Of a stretch of 24,345 nucleotides of DNA, positions 1 through 8,514 are shown one piece after another. The position numbers and the translations under genes were made by a program. The notes under the pieces are model-generated. The model was not told the origin of the DNA and searched no databases. It saw nothing but the letters and a program-made list of their open reading frames with translations. This DNA is from Fibrobacteria bacterium (GTDB lineage Bacteria; Fibrobacterota; Fibrobacteria; UBA11236), in assembly GCA_050486505.1 (NCBI GenBank), contig JBJHDK010000037.1:1-24345 (forward strand), written 5' to 3'. How positions within the stretch are numbered: the stretch's first letter is position 1; the number at the start of each line of letters is the position of its first letter.

Positions 1-665
1 CGCCCGGAGTCTCCATGGCCGACGGCATCGCCGCCATGCAGCGCATCGCCTCCGAAGTACTCGACCCATCCTTCAACACGGAATTGGGCGGCGAGGCCCG
101 CGATTTCTCGGAAAGTTCCAACAGCCTGCTTTTCGCCTTCATTTTCGCCCTGCTGATGGTGTACTTGGTTCTTGCAGCGCAGTTCGAGAGTTTCCGCCAT
201 CCCCTGGTGATCCTGTTCACGGTTCCGCTCTCGCTTTTCGGCGCACTGACGGCGCTGTGGATGTTCGGCCAAAGCTTGAATGTCTTCAGCCAGATCGGTC
301 TCATCATGCTGGTCGGGCTCGTCACCAAGAACGGAATCCTCATCGTTGAGTTCACGCGCCAGCGGTTCGACCAAGGCATGGCGATCTACGACGCCGTCGT
401 CGGGGCGACCGTCTCGCGCCTGCGCCCCATCCTCATGACCACCCTGACTTCTTCGCTCGGCATCCTCTCGGTCGCCCTTGCCGTGGGCGCCGGAGCCGAA
501 AGCCGCCGTCCCATGGGCATCGCCGTGGTGGGCGGACTCATGTTCGGCATGGTGCTGACCTTGTACGTGATTCCCGCGATGATCATGATGCTCTCCCCCA
601 AGACTCCCCCGCCCCCACGCGGCGCGGATGAGGCGGAACCCTTGGCATTGGAAACGAAATCATGA
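1..665 (+). CDS. RND efflux permease (AcrB/AcrD/AcrF family), C-terminal part; start lies upstream of the window
   Basis: Frame open from the window edge. TM-rich, with AcrB-type motifs LAAQFES, GLVTKNGILIVEF and RLRPILMT. Stop overlaps the next start (ATGA, 662-665). Confidence 0.93.
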   Translation, partial: PGVSMADGIAAMQRIASEVLDPSFNTELGGEARDFSESSNSLLFAFIFALLMVYLVLAAQFESFRHPLVILFTVPLSLFGALTALWMFGQSLNVFSQIGLIMLVGLVTKNGILIVEFTRQRFDQGMAIYDAVVGATVSRLRPILMTTLTSSLGILSVALAVGAGAESRRPMGIAVVGGLMFGMVLTLYVIPAMIMMLSPKTPPPPRGADEAEPLALETKS

Positions 666-1993
666 ACCGTATCGCTCCCGCTTCCCTTCTGTTCGCCCTA
701 ACGGCATTGACCCACGCTTCAGCCGACACATTATCCCTCCATCGCGTTCTCACCGAGGCGCTGGAGAACAACCCCGGCCATCTCGCCGCCGGCGCGGAAA
801 CGCGCTTCGCCGAAAGCGCGCATTCCTCCGCGGGCATGGCGGGTTACCTTCCGCGCCTGAACGCCTCGGGTGGCTACAACTGGAGCGAACTCGAGACGCG
901 CCAGGAGCGCGCCGGCGGCGTGATCGAGGAACGCGACGCCGCGCAATCCGTGTCCCGCACCGTCGGCATCAACGCACGCTGGACGTTGTTCGAGGGCTTC
1001 TCCGCGCCCCTGACCCAGAAACGCCTGCGCCTGCAGCGCGATCAGGCCCGGGCGTCGGAACACCTTTCGCGCGAGGAACTGCTGCGCCGCGCAGCGCTCG
1101 GGTACGCGAATCTCGCCAGGCAAACGCGCCTGCTCCAGGCACGCGACACCGTGCTGGAAGTCTCCGATGAGCGCGTGCGCATCCTTGATCGTCGCCTCGA
1201 GTCAGGCACGGCGGGCCGCCCGGAATGGCTCGAAGGCCAGGTCGACCGCAACGCCGACCGCGCGGCGCGCATCCAGCAGGAGGCTGTGCTGCATGCGGCG
1301 CGTCTCTCCCTTGCGCAGGCCCTCGGGCGCGGCGCGGCCGTCACGGAATCCCCCGACGGAGAATCCCTACCTTCCAACCCCCTCGATCCTGCGCTCCTGA
1401 CCGGGAATCTTGCGGAACGCCAGCCCCTTCTGCAATTGGCGGAAGCCGATCGCGAGTTGGCCAGGGTGGCGCTGCGGCAGGCGATGAGCCCGTGGTACCC
1501 GCGCCTCGAGGCGACCGCGGGATACAACTACAGCCTGAACAACAACGACGCGGGCATCGTTCTGGAGAATCGCACCGTCGGCCCGACGGCCGGGTTGCAA
1601 CTCACAGTGAACCTCTTCGACGGGGAACTCCCTTGGCGCGTGGCGCGGCGCGGTCGCATGGCGGTGAGCGCCGCCGACCTGCGCCTTCGCGAGATCGAGT
1701 TCGCCGCGCACGCAGAGGTGGAACGCGCCCACGCCGCCTGGCGCGCGCTCGACTCGGCAGCCACCCTGGAGCGCGAGGGTCTCGAGTTCGCGCGCGAGAA
1801 TCTTCACTTGACACGGACGCGCTGGGAATCGGGAACGCTGTCGTACCTGGAGGCGCGCATGGCGCAGGTGAAATACCTGGAGGCCTTCACGCGCACGGAG
1901 AATGCAATCTTCGAAGCCTTCCGTGCGCGACTCGACCTGTTGCTCGCGGCCGGGCGGATGGAGATGCTGCTCGACGAAGCGGCAGGGCGTTAG
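662..1993 (+). CDS. TolC-family outer membrane efflux protein
   Basis: 443 aa with a signal-peptide-like N-terminus. Two OEP-type repeats (ALENNP...YLPRLNASGGY; WYPRLEATAGY...WESGTLSYLE). Translationally coupled to the RND gene. Confidence 0.9.
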   Translation: MNRIAPASLLFALTALTHASADTLSLHRVLTEALENNPGHLAAGAETRFAESAHSSAGMAGYLPRLNASGGYNWSELETRQERAGGVIEERDAAQSVSRTVGINARWTLFEGFSAPLTQKRLRLQRDQARASEHLSREELLRRAALGYANLARQTRLLQARDTVLEVSDERVRILDRRLESGTAGRPEWLEGQVDRNADRAARIQQEAVLHAARLSLAQALGRGAAVTESPDGESLPSNPLDPALLTGNLAERQPLLQLAEADRELARVALRQAMSPWYPRLEATAGYNYSLNNNDAGIVLENRTVGPTAGLQLTVNLFDGELPWRVARRGRMAVSAADLRLREIEFAAHAEVERAHAAWRALDSAATLEREGLEFARENLHLTRTRWESGTLSYLEARMAQVKYLEAFTRTENAIFEAFRARLDLLLAAGRMEMLLDEAAGR

Positions 1994-2104
1994 GTTACCC
2001 CTTGCGCGCCACGCCCTCGCTGATGTGACCGATGAAGGCTTGGCAACACACGCCCTGCTTCAAGGCCATTTGCAGCCGAAGGCCTGTAATGTCCGGTGAA
2101 AATT

Positions 2105-2914
2105 TCAGAAAATCATCCCTCTCGGTATCTCGTATCCGCTCTCGATGATTCTGTTGTACTCCCGAATTTCCTTGTCTCCCAGCCCCCCGTAGATCAAGCC
2201 TCTCCAAATCACAAGGTTCGAAACACCGATCAACGGAATTGCGATCCGGTCTGTTCGTGTGTTTCCAAGAAATGGTCCGGCGGCGATCATGGCCAGGCTG
2301 ATGCCGTCCCAAGCATATGCGAAACCGTTGACGAGCCATTTGTTGGAGATAAATGGATTGTCGCGCGTCATGTACTGGGACGCGTATCCCATGCTCAACG
2401 CATTGCGCTTCCAGAACTCGGAGCGAGACTTGACCGGCAGAAGAACAAAGTTGTCCGGATTCCCGGCATAACGATGATCCGTTTCCTGAAGATATGCGGA
2501 CATCAGGAAAAGACTCAAGTTACGCGAAACCACGGAGAATTCGGTCGTCATCGCATCAAAACCATATAATGCCCGAGACTGCCCGGCTTCGAATCGCGTC
2601 GGATTTCCGAAAACATTGACCACCGTATCGTTGGGATACGAGAGTTCCCTGTACATGAAAACGTACGAGTACGTAGGAAACAGCCCTGTCTTCCTTCGAT
2701 AATGCAACTTGCCGTCTCGTTCCGAAACCAGCCTGGCTCCCAGTTTTTCGGCAATGCGCGGCGGCACGCTCAAGTCAAGTTCTTCGGGATTATCCGCCAG
2801 TTTGTAATACGCATAACTGGACACGACTTGGGCCACAGCCACCGAAGACCCAAGCACCAACACACATGACATGATCATCGACAGGTACGGCATGCCATCT
2901 GGAAAAGTTCTCAT
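2105..2914 (-). CDS. Hypothetical exported/membrane protein (269 aa)
   Basis: ATG at 2914 overlaps the NUDIX stop (ATGA) and has GGAGG 4 nt upstream. Signal-peptide-like segment (SCVLVLGSSVAVAQ) and hydrophobic segments near the C-terminus. Visibly lower GC than its neighbours. Confidence 0.7.
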   Translation of the reverse strand: MRTFPDGMPYLSMIMSCVLVLGSSVAVAQVVSSYAYYKLADNPEELDLSVPPRIAEKLGARLVSERDGKLHYRRKTGLFPTYSYVFMYRELSYPNDTVVNVFGNPTRFEAGQSRALYGFDAMTTEFSVVSRNLSLFLMSAYLQETDHRYAGNPDNFVLLPVKSRSEFWKRNALSMGYASQYMTRDNPFISNKWLVNGFAYAWDGISLAMIAAGPFLGNTRTDRIAIPLIGVSNLVIWRGLIYGGLGDKEIREYNRIIESGYEIPRGMIF

Positions 2915-3597
2915 GTGACCTCCCCGAACCGACGGTGATACAGGAAAAATCCCGTCAGGGGCTGGATGCTGGTGATCTCCGGCGCGGCCTCCGCGAAGGT
3001 GCGCAGCGTCGTGGTGATGTGCTCGCCCTCGTGCGCATGGCCGGCGGTCCCGCCTTCGAGCGCGCGCCACGCCGCGTCGTCCAGGTCGACATGCGCCGCG
3101 AAGAAATGCACCGCCTCGTCCGAGAGCCCGGGAGAGCTGTACAGTCCCTTGTCCCACAACGGCGTCAAGGCCGAAGCATCCGCGCGCACGCCGGTCTCCT
3201 CCTCGAGTTCGCGCAGGGCCGTCTCCGCAGCGTCCGGAGAGTCTCCCTCCAGCATGCCCGCGGGAAACTCGAGGCTCATCTCCCCGCTGCCCACGCGGCG
3301 TTGCCGGATCATCAGGAACCGTCGCTCGCCCGTCGCGAGGTTCCGGCACACGGGAACCACCACCGACGCAGAGCCGCGCAAGAGCACGTACGGCAGCATC
3401 GGCTTGCCTTCGGGGTCCGCTCCCTTCGCTTCGAGCAAAGCGAACAGGGGGGATCCATCGCGGCGGTACAGGATGTTGAGGGGACTCAGGGAATCAACGC
3501 GCCAGTTTCGGGAATGCAGCGCGTCGCGCCACGCCGCCACGATCGCGAAGCCGTCCGGAACCTTCTCCGGAAGGTATGGCGGCGTGTCTTCGCTCAC
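2911..3597 (-). CDS. NUDIX hydrolase, ADP-sugar/ADP-ribose pyrophosphatase-like
   Basis: Nudix box EFPAGMLEGDSPDAAETALRELEEETG followed by YSSPGLSDE. GTG start at 3597 overlaps the hemF stop (GTGA); the longer 488-aa ORF call is an upstream extension over hemF. Confidence 0.88.
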   Translation of the reverse strand: MSEDTPPYLPEKVPDGFAIVAAWRDALHSRNWRVDSLSPLNILYRRDGSPLFALLEAKGADPEGKPMLPYVLLRGSASVVVPVCRNLATGERRFLMIRQRRVGSGEMSLEFPAGMLEGDSPDAAETALRELEEETGVRADASALTPLWDKGLYSSPGLSDEAVHFFAAHVDLDDAAWRALEGGTAGHAHEGEHITTTLRTFAEAAPEITSIQPLTGFFLYHRRFGEVT

Positions 3598-4481
3598 ATC
3601 GAGGCCCAGTCGCGCGGCTTGAGGAAATACTCCGTCAGCCGTTCCTCGTCGCTGCCCGGCTCGGGGACATAGCCGTACACCCACTTGCACAGGGGCGGCA
3701 GCGACATCAGGATCGACTCCGTGCGCCCGTCGGATTGCAGGCCGAACAACGTACCGCGATCCCACACGAGATTGAACTCGGCGTAGCGCGAGCGCCGGTA
3801 GAGCTGAAAGTCGCGCTGCGCGGGCGTGAAAGGAAGGTTCCGCTTTTGCGCGAAGGGCCGGTACAGGTCGGGAAACAAGCGCCCGAGACCTTCGACGAAG
3901 GCGAGTTCCTCCTCGCGGGGCCCGCGCAGGTGGTCGAAGAACAGGCCTCCCACGCCGCGCGCCTCGTTGCGATGACGCAGGAAGAAGTAATCGTCGCACG
4001 CCTTCTTGTACGCGGCGTAATCGCGGCCCGCGTCGGCGCAGAAACCCCTGAGGGCGCGGTGAAACCCGATCACCATCCCCTCCTCGGGATAGTACGGCGT
4101 CAGGTCGACCCCGCCCCCGAACCAGTGGACATCCCCGGCCTCGAAGTAGCGGATGTTCAAATGAATCGTCGGCACGCGGGGATTGTGCGGATGCAGCACC
4201 AGGCTGACGCCGGTTGCGAAGAACGGCGTTCCCTCGGGAATGCGGAAGGCGGTGGCGGCCGATGCCGGGAGGGAGCCCCCGGTCAGCGCGGAGAAATTGA
4301 CCCCGCCCTTCTCCAGAAGTTCGCCGGAATCGTACACGCGGGTGCGCCCTCCCCCATCGCCCTTTTCGTAGGTCCAACCATCTTCACGAAAGCCTGTCCC
4401 GTTTTCTGAGTCGATGAAGGAACAAATATGGTCCTGAACTGCGCGAAACCGCTGCGCCACTTCGTCACGGAAAGATTGCAT
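3594..4481 (-). CDS. hemF: Oxygen-dependent coproporphyrinogen III oxidase
   Basis: Motifs GGGRTRV, LEKGGVNFS, GVSLVLHPHNP, WFGGGVDLTP, RGVGGLFFD and RYAEFNLVWDRGTLFGLQSDGRTESILMSLPP. Confidence 0.97.
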   Translation of the reverse strand: MQSFRDEVAQRFRAVQDHICSFIDSENGTGFREDGWTYEKGDGGGRTRVYDSGELLEKGGVNFSALTGGSLPASAATAFRIPEGTPFFATGVSLVLHPHNPRVPTIHLNIRYFEAGDVHWFGGGVDLTPYYPEEGMVIGFHRALRGFCADAGRDYAAYKKACDDYFFLRHRNEARGVGGLFFDHLRGPREEELAFVEGLGRLFPDLYRPFAQKRNLPFTPAQRDFQLYRRSRYAEFNLVWDRGTLFGLQSDGRTESILMSLPPLCKWVYGYVPEPGSDEERLTEYFLKPRDWASM

Positions 4482-4488
4482 GGGGGAA

Positions 4489-4642
4489 AATTACGAATTA
4501 CGAGTTACGAATTACGGGTTAAACCCGAAGCCCTTTGTGTGAAATGACTTGTTGCGAAAAGGCCGAATACTATGGATCCTCTTCTTTATAACATTCCTCC
4601 TCCCTTCGTAATTCGTAATTCGTAACTCGTAATTCCTAACTT
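4489..4642. repeat. Inverted heptamer-array cassette A: (AATTACG)4 ... (CGTAATT)4 plus one degenerate unit
   Basis: Left arm aattacg-aattacg-agttacg-aattacg (4489-4516). Right arm cgtaatt-cgtaatt-cgtaact-cgtaatt-cctaact (4607-4641). 4495-4516 is perfectly complementary to 4614-4635 (22 bp). Confidence 0.95.
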
Positions 4643-4649
4643 CCACACC

Positions 4650-5528
4650 ATGGAATCCCTCAACTTCTGGCAAAGCCTCCCGCTGCGCATGGACCCGGTT
4701 CTCTTCACCATCGGCTCCTTCCAGGTGCAATGGTACGGGATGATGTACCTCGTCGCCTTCGTCATCACGTACTTCGTCGCCCGGTACCGCACCCGCACAG
4801 AAACGGCGCGCTTCGGCGCCTACGACGCCGACTACCTGCAAAGCCTGATGACCTGGGCCTTCTTTGGCGTGCTGCTCGGCGGCAGGCTGGGATACGTGTT
4901 CTTTTACAACTTCGACTACTACCTCGGTCACCCCCTGCAAATCATCTTCCCGTTCCGTTCGGGCCCGGGAGGGCTCGAGTTCACCGGCATCTCCGGCATG
5001 TCGTACCACGGCGGACTGATCGGCTGCATGCTCGCCTGCTGGTGGTACACTCGCAGGCAGCGCATCCACAAGGACAAGGCGCGCTCCGACTTCTGGAATC
5101 TTTGCGACCTTTTCGGGCCGGTCGTTCCGCTCGGTTTCACCTTCGGCCGCATCGCCAACTTCATCAATGGCGAACTCTGGGGGCGTCCCACCGACTCCTT
5201 CCTCGGCATGTACTTCCCCATGGCGCCCGACACGCTCTTGCGTCACCCTTCGCAGTTGTACGAGGCCTTGTTCGAGGGGGTGATCCTGTTCGCCATCCTC
5301 TGGGCGGTTCGCCTGCGCCCCTTCGCCAAGGGCTCCTTCGCCGGCTTCTACGTGTTCGGGTACGGATTCTTCCGCTTCTTCATTGAATTCTTCCGCGAGC
5401 CCGATGCCCACCTCGGCCTGTTCTGGTTCGGCGTGCTCTCCATGGGACAGGCCCTGTGCATCGCCATGATGGCCGTGGGAATCTGGTTCGTGTGGTGGCG
5501 GCGGAAGGTGGCGGCGCAGGCGAAATGA
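4650..5528 (+). CDS. lgt: Prolipoprotein diacylglyceryl transferase
   Basis: Motifs WYGMMY, LGGRLGYVFFY, GMSYHGGLIG, GRIANFINGELWGR, RHPSQLYE and RFFIEFFREPD. Confidence 0.98.
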   Translation: MESLNFWQSLPLRMDPVLFTIGSFQVQWYGMMYLVAFVITYFVARYRTRTETARFGAYDADYLQSLMTWAFFGVLLGGRLGYVFFYNFDYYLGHPLQIIFPFRSGPGGLEFTGISGMSYHGGLIGCMLACWWYTRRQRIHKDKARSDFWNLCDLFGPVVPLGFTFGRIANFINGELWGRPTDSFLGMYFPMAPDTLLRHPSQLYEALFEGVILFAILWAVRLRPFAKGSFAGFYVFGYGFFRFFIEFFREPDAHLGLFWFGVLSMGQALCIAMMAVGIWFVWWRRKVAAQAK

Positions 5529-5553
5529 TCTGCCCGCCGCGCAGCGAACCCCG

Positions 5554-5925
5554 TCAGCGGGACGTTTGACGCACGGAACCGGCCTGGTCGGGGTCCACGA
5601 GGCGGTACACCTTTTCGCCGGGCCGGGCCATCCCCAATTCCCGGCGCGCCAGCGCCTCGATGTACGCCGTGTCCTCGTGCAGGCGACGACGTTCCTCGAG
5701 CAAGGCCTGCCGACGTGCCTCGAGACTGTCGATCTCGGCACGCACCTGATCCCGCTGTTCGCGCAACTCCGAAAGTTTGAAGACTCCCGCCGGGCCGGTG
5801 AGCACATGCGCGCCATAGAACAGCGTGACGGCGAACAAAGCCCACAGAAGCCAGCGCCGCTTCCCGGAGGAAACCCGCCTGCCCGTTGCCGGGGAGCCGG
5901 AGGCCTGTTTGCGGAACTTCGCCAT
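5554..5925 (-). CDS. ftsB: Septum formation initiator, FtsB/DivIC family
   Basis: Basic N-terminus, one TM (WLLWALFAVTLFYGA), coiled coil, and C-terminal YIEALARRELGMARPGEKVY. Start could alternatively be ATG 5940. Confidence 0.85.
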   Translation of the reverse strand: MAKFRKQASGSPATGRRVSSGKRRWLLWALFAVTLFYGAHVLTGPAGVFKLSELREQRDQVRAEIDSLEARRQALLEERRRLHEDTAYIEALARRELGMARPGEKVYRLVDPDQAGSVRQTSR

Positions 5926-5969
5926 GACGCGCGCAAACATAGCCAGAGGAGGCCGCGCTGCGGCAACGC

Positions 5970-7184
5970 CTACCCGGTGCGCCGGAACACCGCCCCCGGA
6001 AGCCGCTGCACGTGTCCGCGCAACTCGAGTTGCAACAGCGCCGCCAGCAGCGCCGGGGACGTTTCTTCCGAAGGCCACAGGCCCTGCCCGCGGGCGCGCT
6101 CCGCCAGGCGGTCCAACGGGCAGACGAGATCGTCGCCCCACAAACGGAGGACGGGATCCGTGGGCACCCCGACCTTGCGCGGCCGCAGCGGTTGCCCCCC
6201 ACTCCTCTCCGCAGGCGCGAAATTGCTGCGTGTCGCATTGGAAACGCCCGGGCCTCCCCCCGCCGGGCGGGAGGCTCCCTCCGCCGGGATCCTGCCGTCG
6301 ATCGCGGCGAGCACGTCGGAGGCGGATACCGCCAACAATGCGCCCTCGCGCAGCAAGGTGTTGCTGCCTTCCGACACATTGCTGAAAATCGGACCGGGAA
6401 CGGCGAAGAGGGGTTTCCCCTGGTCGCGCGCATGCGTCGCGGTGAGGAGCGCGCCGCTTTTGCGGCCCGCCTCGACGACGACGGTGGCGCGGGCCAGCGC
6501 GCTGATGATGCGGTTGCGGCGCGGAAAATTCGACTGGAAGGGTTCCGTTCCCGGGGGATGCTCCGAAAGGACGGCCCCGTTGCGGATGATGCCATCACGC
6601 AGTTCCAGGTTCTCGCGCGGGTAGGGAATGTCGGGGCCGCAACCGATCACCGCGAGGGTGCGGCCTCCTCCCTCGAGGGCGCCGGCATGGGCGGCCGCAT
6701 CGATGCCGAGGGCTAGCCCCGATACGATGGTCACCCCGGCGCGGGCAAGATCGCGCGCCAGGGCATGCGCGGCTTCGCGGCCGTAAGCCGTCGGCGTGCG
6801 CGTGCCCACCAATGCGACCGCCCGCGCATCGGCGGGGTTCCATTCTCCCCTGACGTAGAGCAACGGCGGCGGGCCGTCGAGTTCCTGCAGAACGGCCGGA
6901 TACCCCCGCAGGCCCGGGGCCGTGACGCGAATTCCCTGCGTGCGGCAATCGTCGAGCACCTTCTCCCAGGCGCGGGGATCGGGTCCCGCGGCGATGGAAG
7001 CGGCCACGGTGCGGGACAACCGGGGGCAGGCCTTCCGCAGCACCGCAATGTCGGTGCCGTAAACCCTGTCAGGCGACCCGAAGGCGGAGATAAGGCGCGC
7101 GAACCCGATCCCGCCAAGACCGGGGATGGATGCGAGACAGCCGTAGAGCGGCTCAGGTTCGTCAAAATCAATGGATATCTCCAT
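5970..7184 (-). CDS. dprA: DNA-processing protein DprA (Smf)
   Basis: Motifs PPPLLYVRG, VALVGTR, IVSGLALGIDAAAH, FPRRNRIISALA, VVEAGRKSGALLTA, FAVPG, and a C-terminal winged helix (LLQLELRGHV). Start 7184 preferred over 7220. Confidence 0.96.
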   Translation of the reverse strand: MEISIDFDEPEPLYGCLASIPGLGGIGFARLISAFGSPDRVYGTDIAVLRKACPRLSRTVAASIAAGPDPRAWEKVLDDCRTQGIRVTAPGLRGYPAVLQELDGPPPLLYVRGEWNPADARAVALVGTRTPTAYGREAAHALARDLARAGVTIVSGLALGIDAAAHAGALEGGGRTLAVIGCGPDIPYPRENLELRDGIIRNGAVLSEHPPGTEPFQSNFPRRNRIISALARATVVVEAGRKSGALLTATHARDQGKPLFAVPGPIFSNVSEGSNTLLREGALLAVSASDVLAAIDGRIPAEGASRPAGGGPGVSNATRSNFAPAERSGGQPLRPRKVGVPTDPVLRLWGDDLVCPLDRLAERARGQGLWPSEETSPALLAALLQLELRGHVQRLPGAVFRRTG

Positions 7185-7262
7185 AGTGAACAAATTAATA
7201 GTGTTTTTAAATGCAGTCATCCGGCACCCCGATTCCGGCCGGGACTAATACCTTTGCTCCCC

Positions 7263-8093
7263 ATGACCAAGCCGAACACCCGCTCCTTTCAGGATCTTGT
7301 TGACATCATGGCCCGGCTGCGCGCTCCCGATGGCTGCCCTTGGGACCGCGAGCAAACCCATGATTCCATCCTGAGCTGCCTGATCGAAGAGGCCTACGAG
7401 TTCATCGATGCCGTGGAAAACCGCGACGCGGACAACATGCGCGAGGAGCTCGGCGACCTGCTGCTGCAGGTGGTGTTCCACGCGCAGATGGCCAACGAGG
7501 CCGGCACGTTCGATATCGACGGCATTGTCGGGGGCATCGCGGAAAAACTCGTGCGGCGGCATCCGCACGTGTTCGGAGACGCCGATGTCAGCGACGCGAA
7601 GGGCGTGACGGAACAGTGGGAGGCGATCAAGGCCGGGGAAAAGGCGAATGCAACGCCCGCCGACGCCAGGCCTGCAAGCGCGATGGACGGGGTTCCAAGA
7701 CACCTCCCCGCGTTACTGAAGGCGCTCAAGATCTCGAAGCGCGCCGTCAAAACGGGGTTCGAATGGCCCGACTGGCGCGGCGTCGCCGCCAAGGTGCGCG
7801 AGGAACTGGAGGAGTTCGAGGCGGAGGCGGAAAAGGGAGATGCGGCCGCCGCCGAGCGGGAGCTGGGAGACCTGTTGTTCTCGGTGGTCAATTTGGGGCG
7901 CATTCTCGACATCGATCCCGAACGGGCGCTCGCGGGAGCCAACCTCCGCTTCGACGCACGCTTCAGGGCCATGGAAAAGATGTCGGAGGCGGAGGGAAAA
8001 CCTTTCGCGGGACGCCCGGTCGAGGAAATGGAAGCGCTCTGGCAAAAGGTCAAGAAGAGCTTGGCGAACGCGAACGATCCTACCTCAAAATGA
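7263..8093 (+). CDS. mazG: Nucleoside triphosphate pyrophosphohydrolase MazG (tandem domain)
   Basis: LRAPDGCPWDREQT, IEEAYE, EELGDLLLQVVFH, KLVRRHPHVF, and second domain EELEE...ELGDLLFSVVN. Confidence 0.96.
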   Translation: MTKPNTRSFQDLVDIMARLRAPDGCPWDREQTHDSILSCLIEEAYEFIDAVENRDADNMREELGDLLLQVVFHAQMANEAGTFDIDGIVGGIAEKLVRRHPHVFGDADVSDAKGVTEQWEAIKAGEKANATPADARPASAMDGVPRHLPALLKALKISKRAVKTGFEWPDWRGVAAKVREELEEFEAEAEKGDAAAAERELGDLLFSVVNLGRILDIDPERALAGANLRFDARFRAMEKMSEAEGKPFAGRPVEEMEALWQKVKKSLANANDPTSK

Positions 8094-8292
8094 GGTTATT
8101 CACGATCAAACCGGTAAAAAATGCGAGCAGAAAACCGAACCAGAGAAAACCGAGGCCATGGCTCATGACGACTTCACCCACTCTCAGGGTTCCCCTTTTC
8201 GTGCGGTAATCAAGCCAGTTCCGGCGCAAGGCACGCAACGAAAACCAGATCCCCGTGCCGCCGATGAGAATCAGGAGGATGGCCTGCAGCAT
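8080..8292 (-). CDS. Small hypothetical membrane protein (70 aa, two predicted TM helices)
   Basis: MLQAILLILIGGTGIWFSL, a basic loop, then GLGFLWFGFLLAFFTGLIV. Fills the gap between mazG and the rimP leader and overlaps the mazG 3' end by 14 nt. Confidence 0.65.
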   Translation of the reverse strand: MLQAILLILIGGTGIWFSLRALRRNWLDYRTKRGTLRVGEVVMSHGLGFLWFGFLLAFFTGLIVNNLILR

Positions 8293-8432
8293 GATGAACC
8301 CCGAAAATGAAACGTGGTGGAAACGACGCCCGGACTTGCCGACAGGGGGCAAAGCTACTATCTATCTCCCCGTGGTTCTTCATGCCGAGTGTGTGAAGGA
8401 CGGGTGGATCCCCGAGACAGGGGGCTCACTTG

Positions 8433-8474
8433 GAAGGCCCCTTCGGGATTCCCCGAGAGGGGTTTTTTGTTTTC
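8433..8474 (+). terminator. Intrinsic terminator in the rimP leader (candidate attenuator)
   Basis: Stem ggcccct-tcggg / cccga-g-aggggtt followed by ttttgtttt, about 40 nt before the rimP ATG. Confidence 0.75.
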
Positions 8475-8514
8475 AGGGGGTTCCCCCCGCATTCTTGTCT
8501 TTGTGAAGGTTCTC

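Noticed and set aside
2915..3349. N-terminal 145 aa of the 414-aa ORF 2105-3349
   Set aside because: Overlaps the NUDIX gene in another frame; ATG 2914 has an SD and stop-start coupling.
2911..4377. 488-aa NUDIX ORF as a fusion or frameshift product with hemF
   Set aside because: The upstream part is an off-frame overlap of hemF; a GTG at 3597 overlapping the hemF stop explains the gene.
4489..4642. Repeat arrays as a CRISPR locus
   Set aside because: Units are 7 nt, directly tandem, with no spacers and no cas genes.
4512..5966. 484-aa minus-strand ORF containing NYELRITNYE
   Set aside because: Antisense shadow of lgt; the peptide is just the translated heptamer array.
5970..8093. dprA plus mazG as an anti-phage defence pair
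   Set aside because: Both are canonical full-length housekeeping forms, divergently transcribed, without defence-type partner genes.
8366..8474. rimP leader as a tRNA (metY-like position) or SRP RNA
   Set aside because: No cloverleaf, T-loop GTTC or CCA end in the right arrangement, and no SRP domain IV motif.
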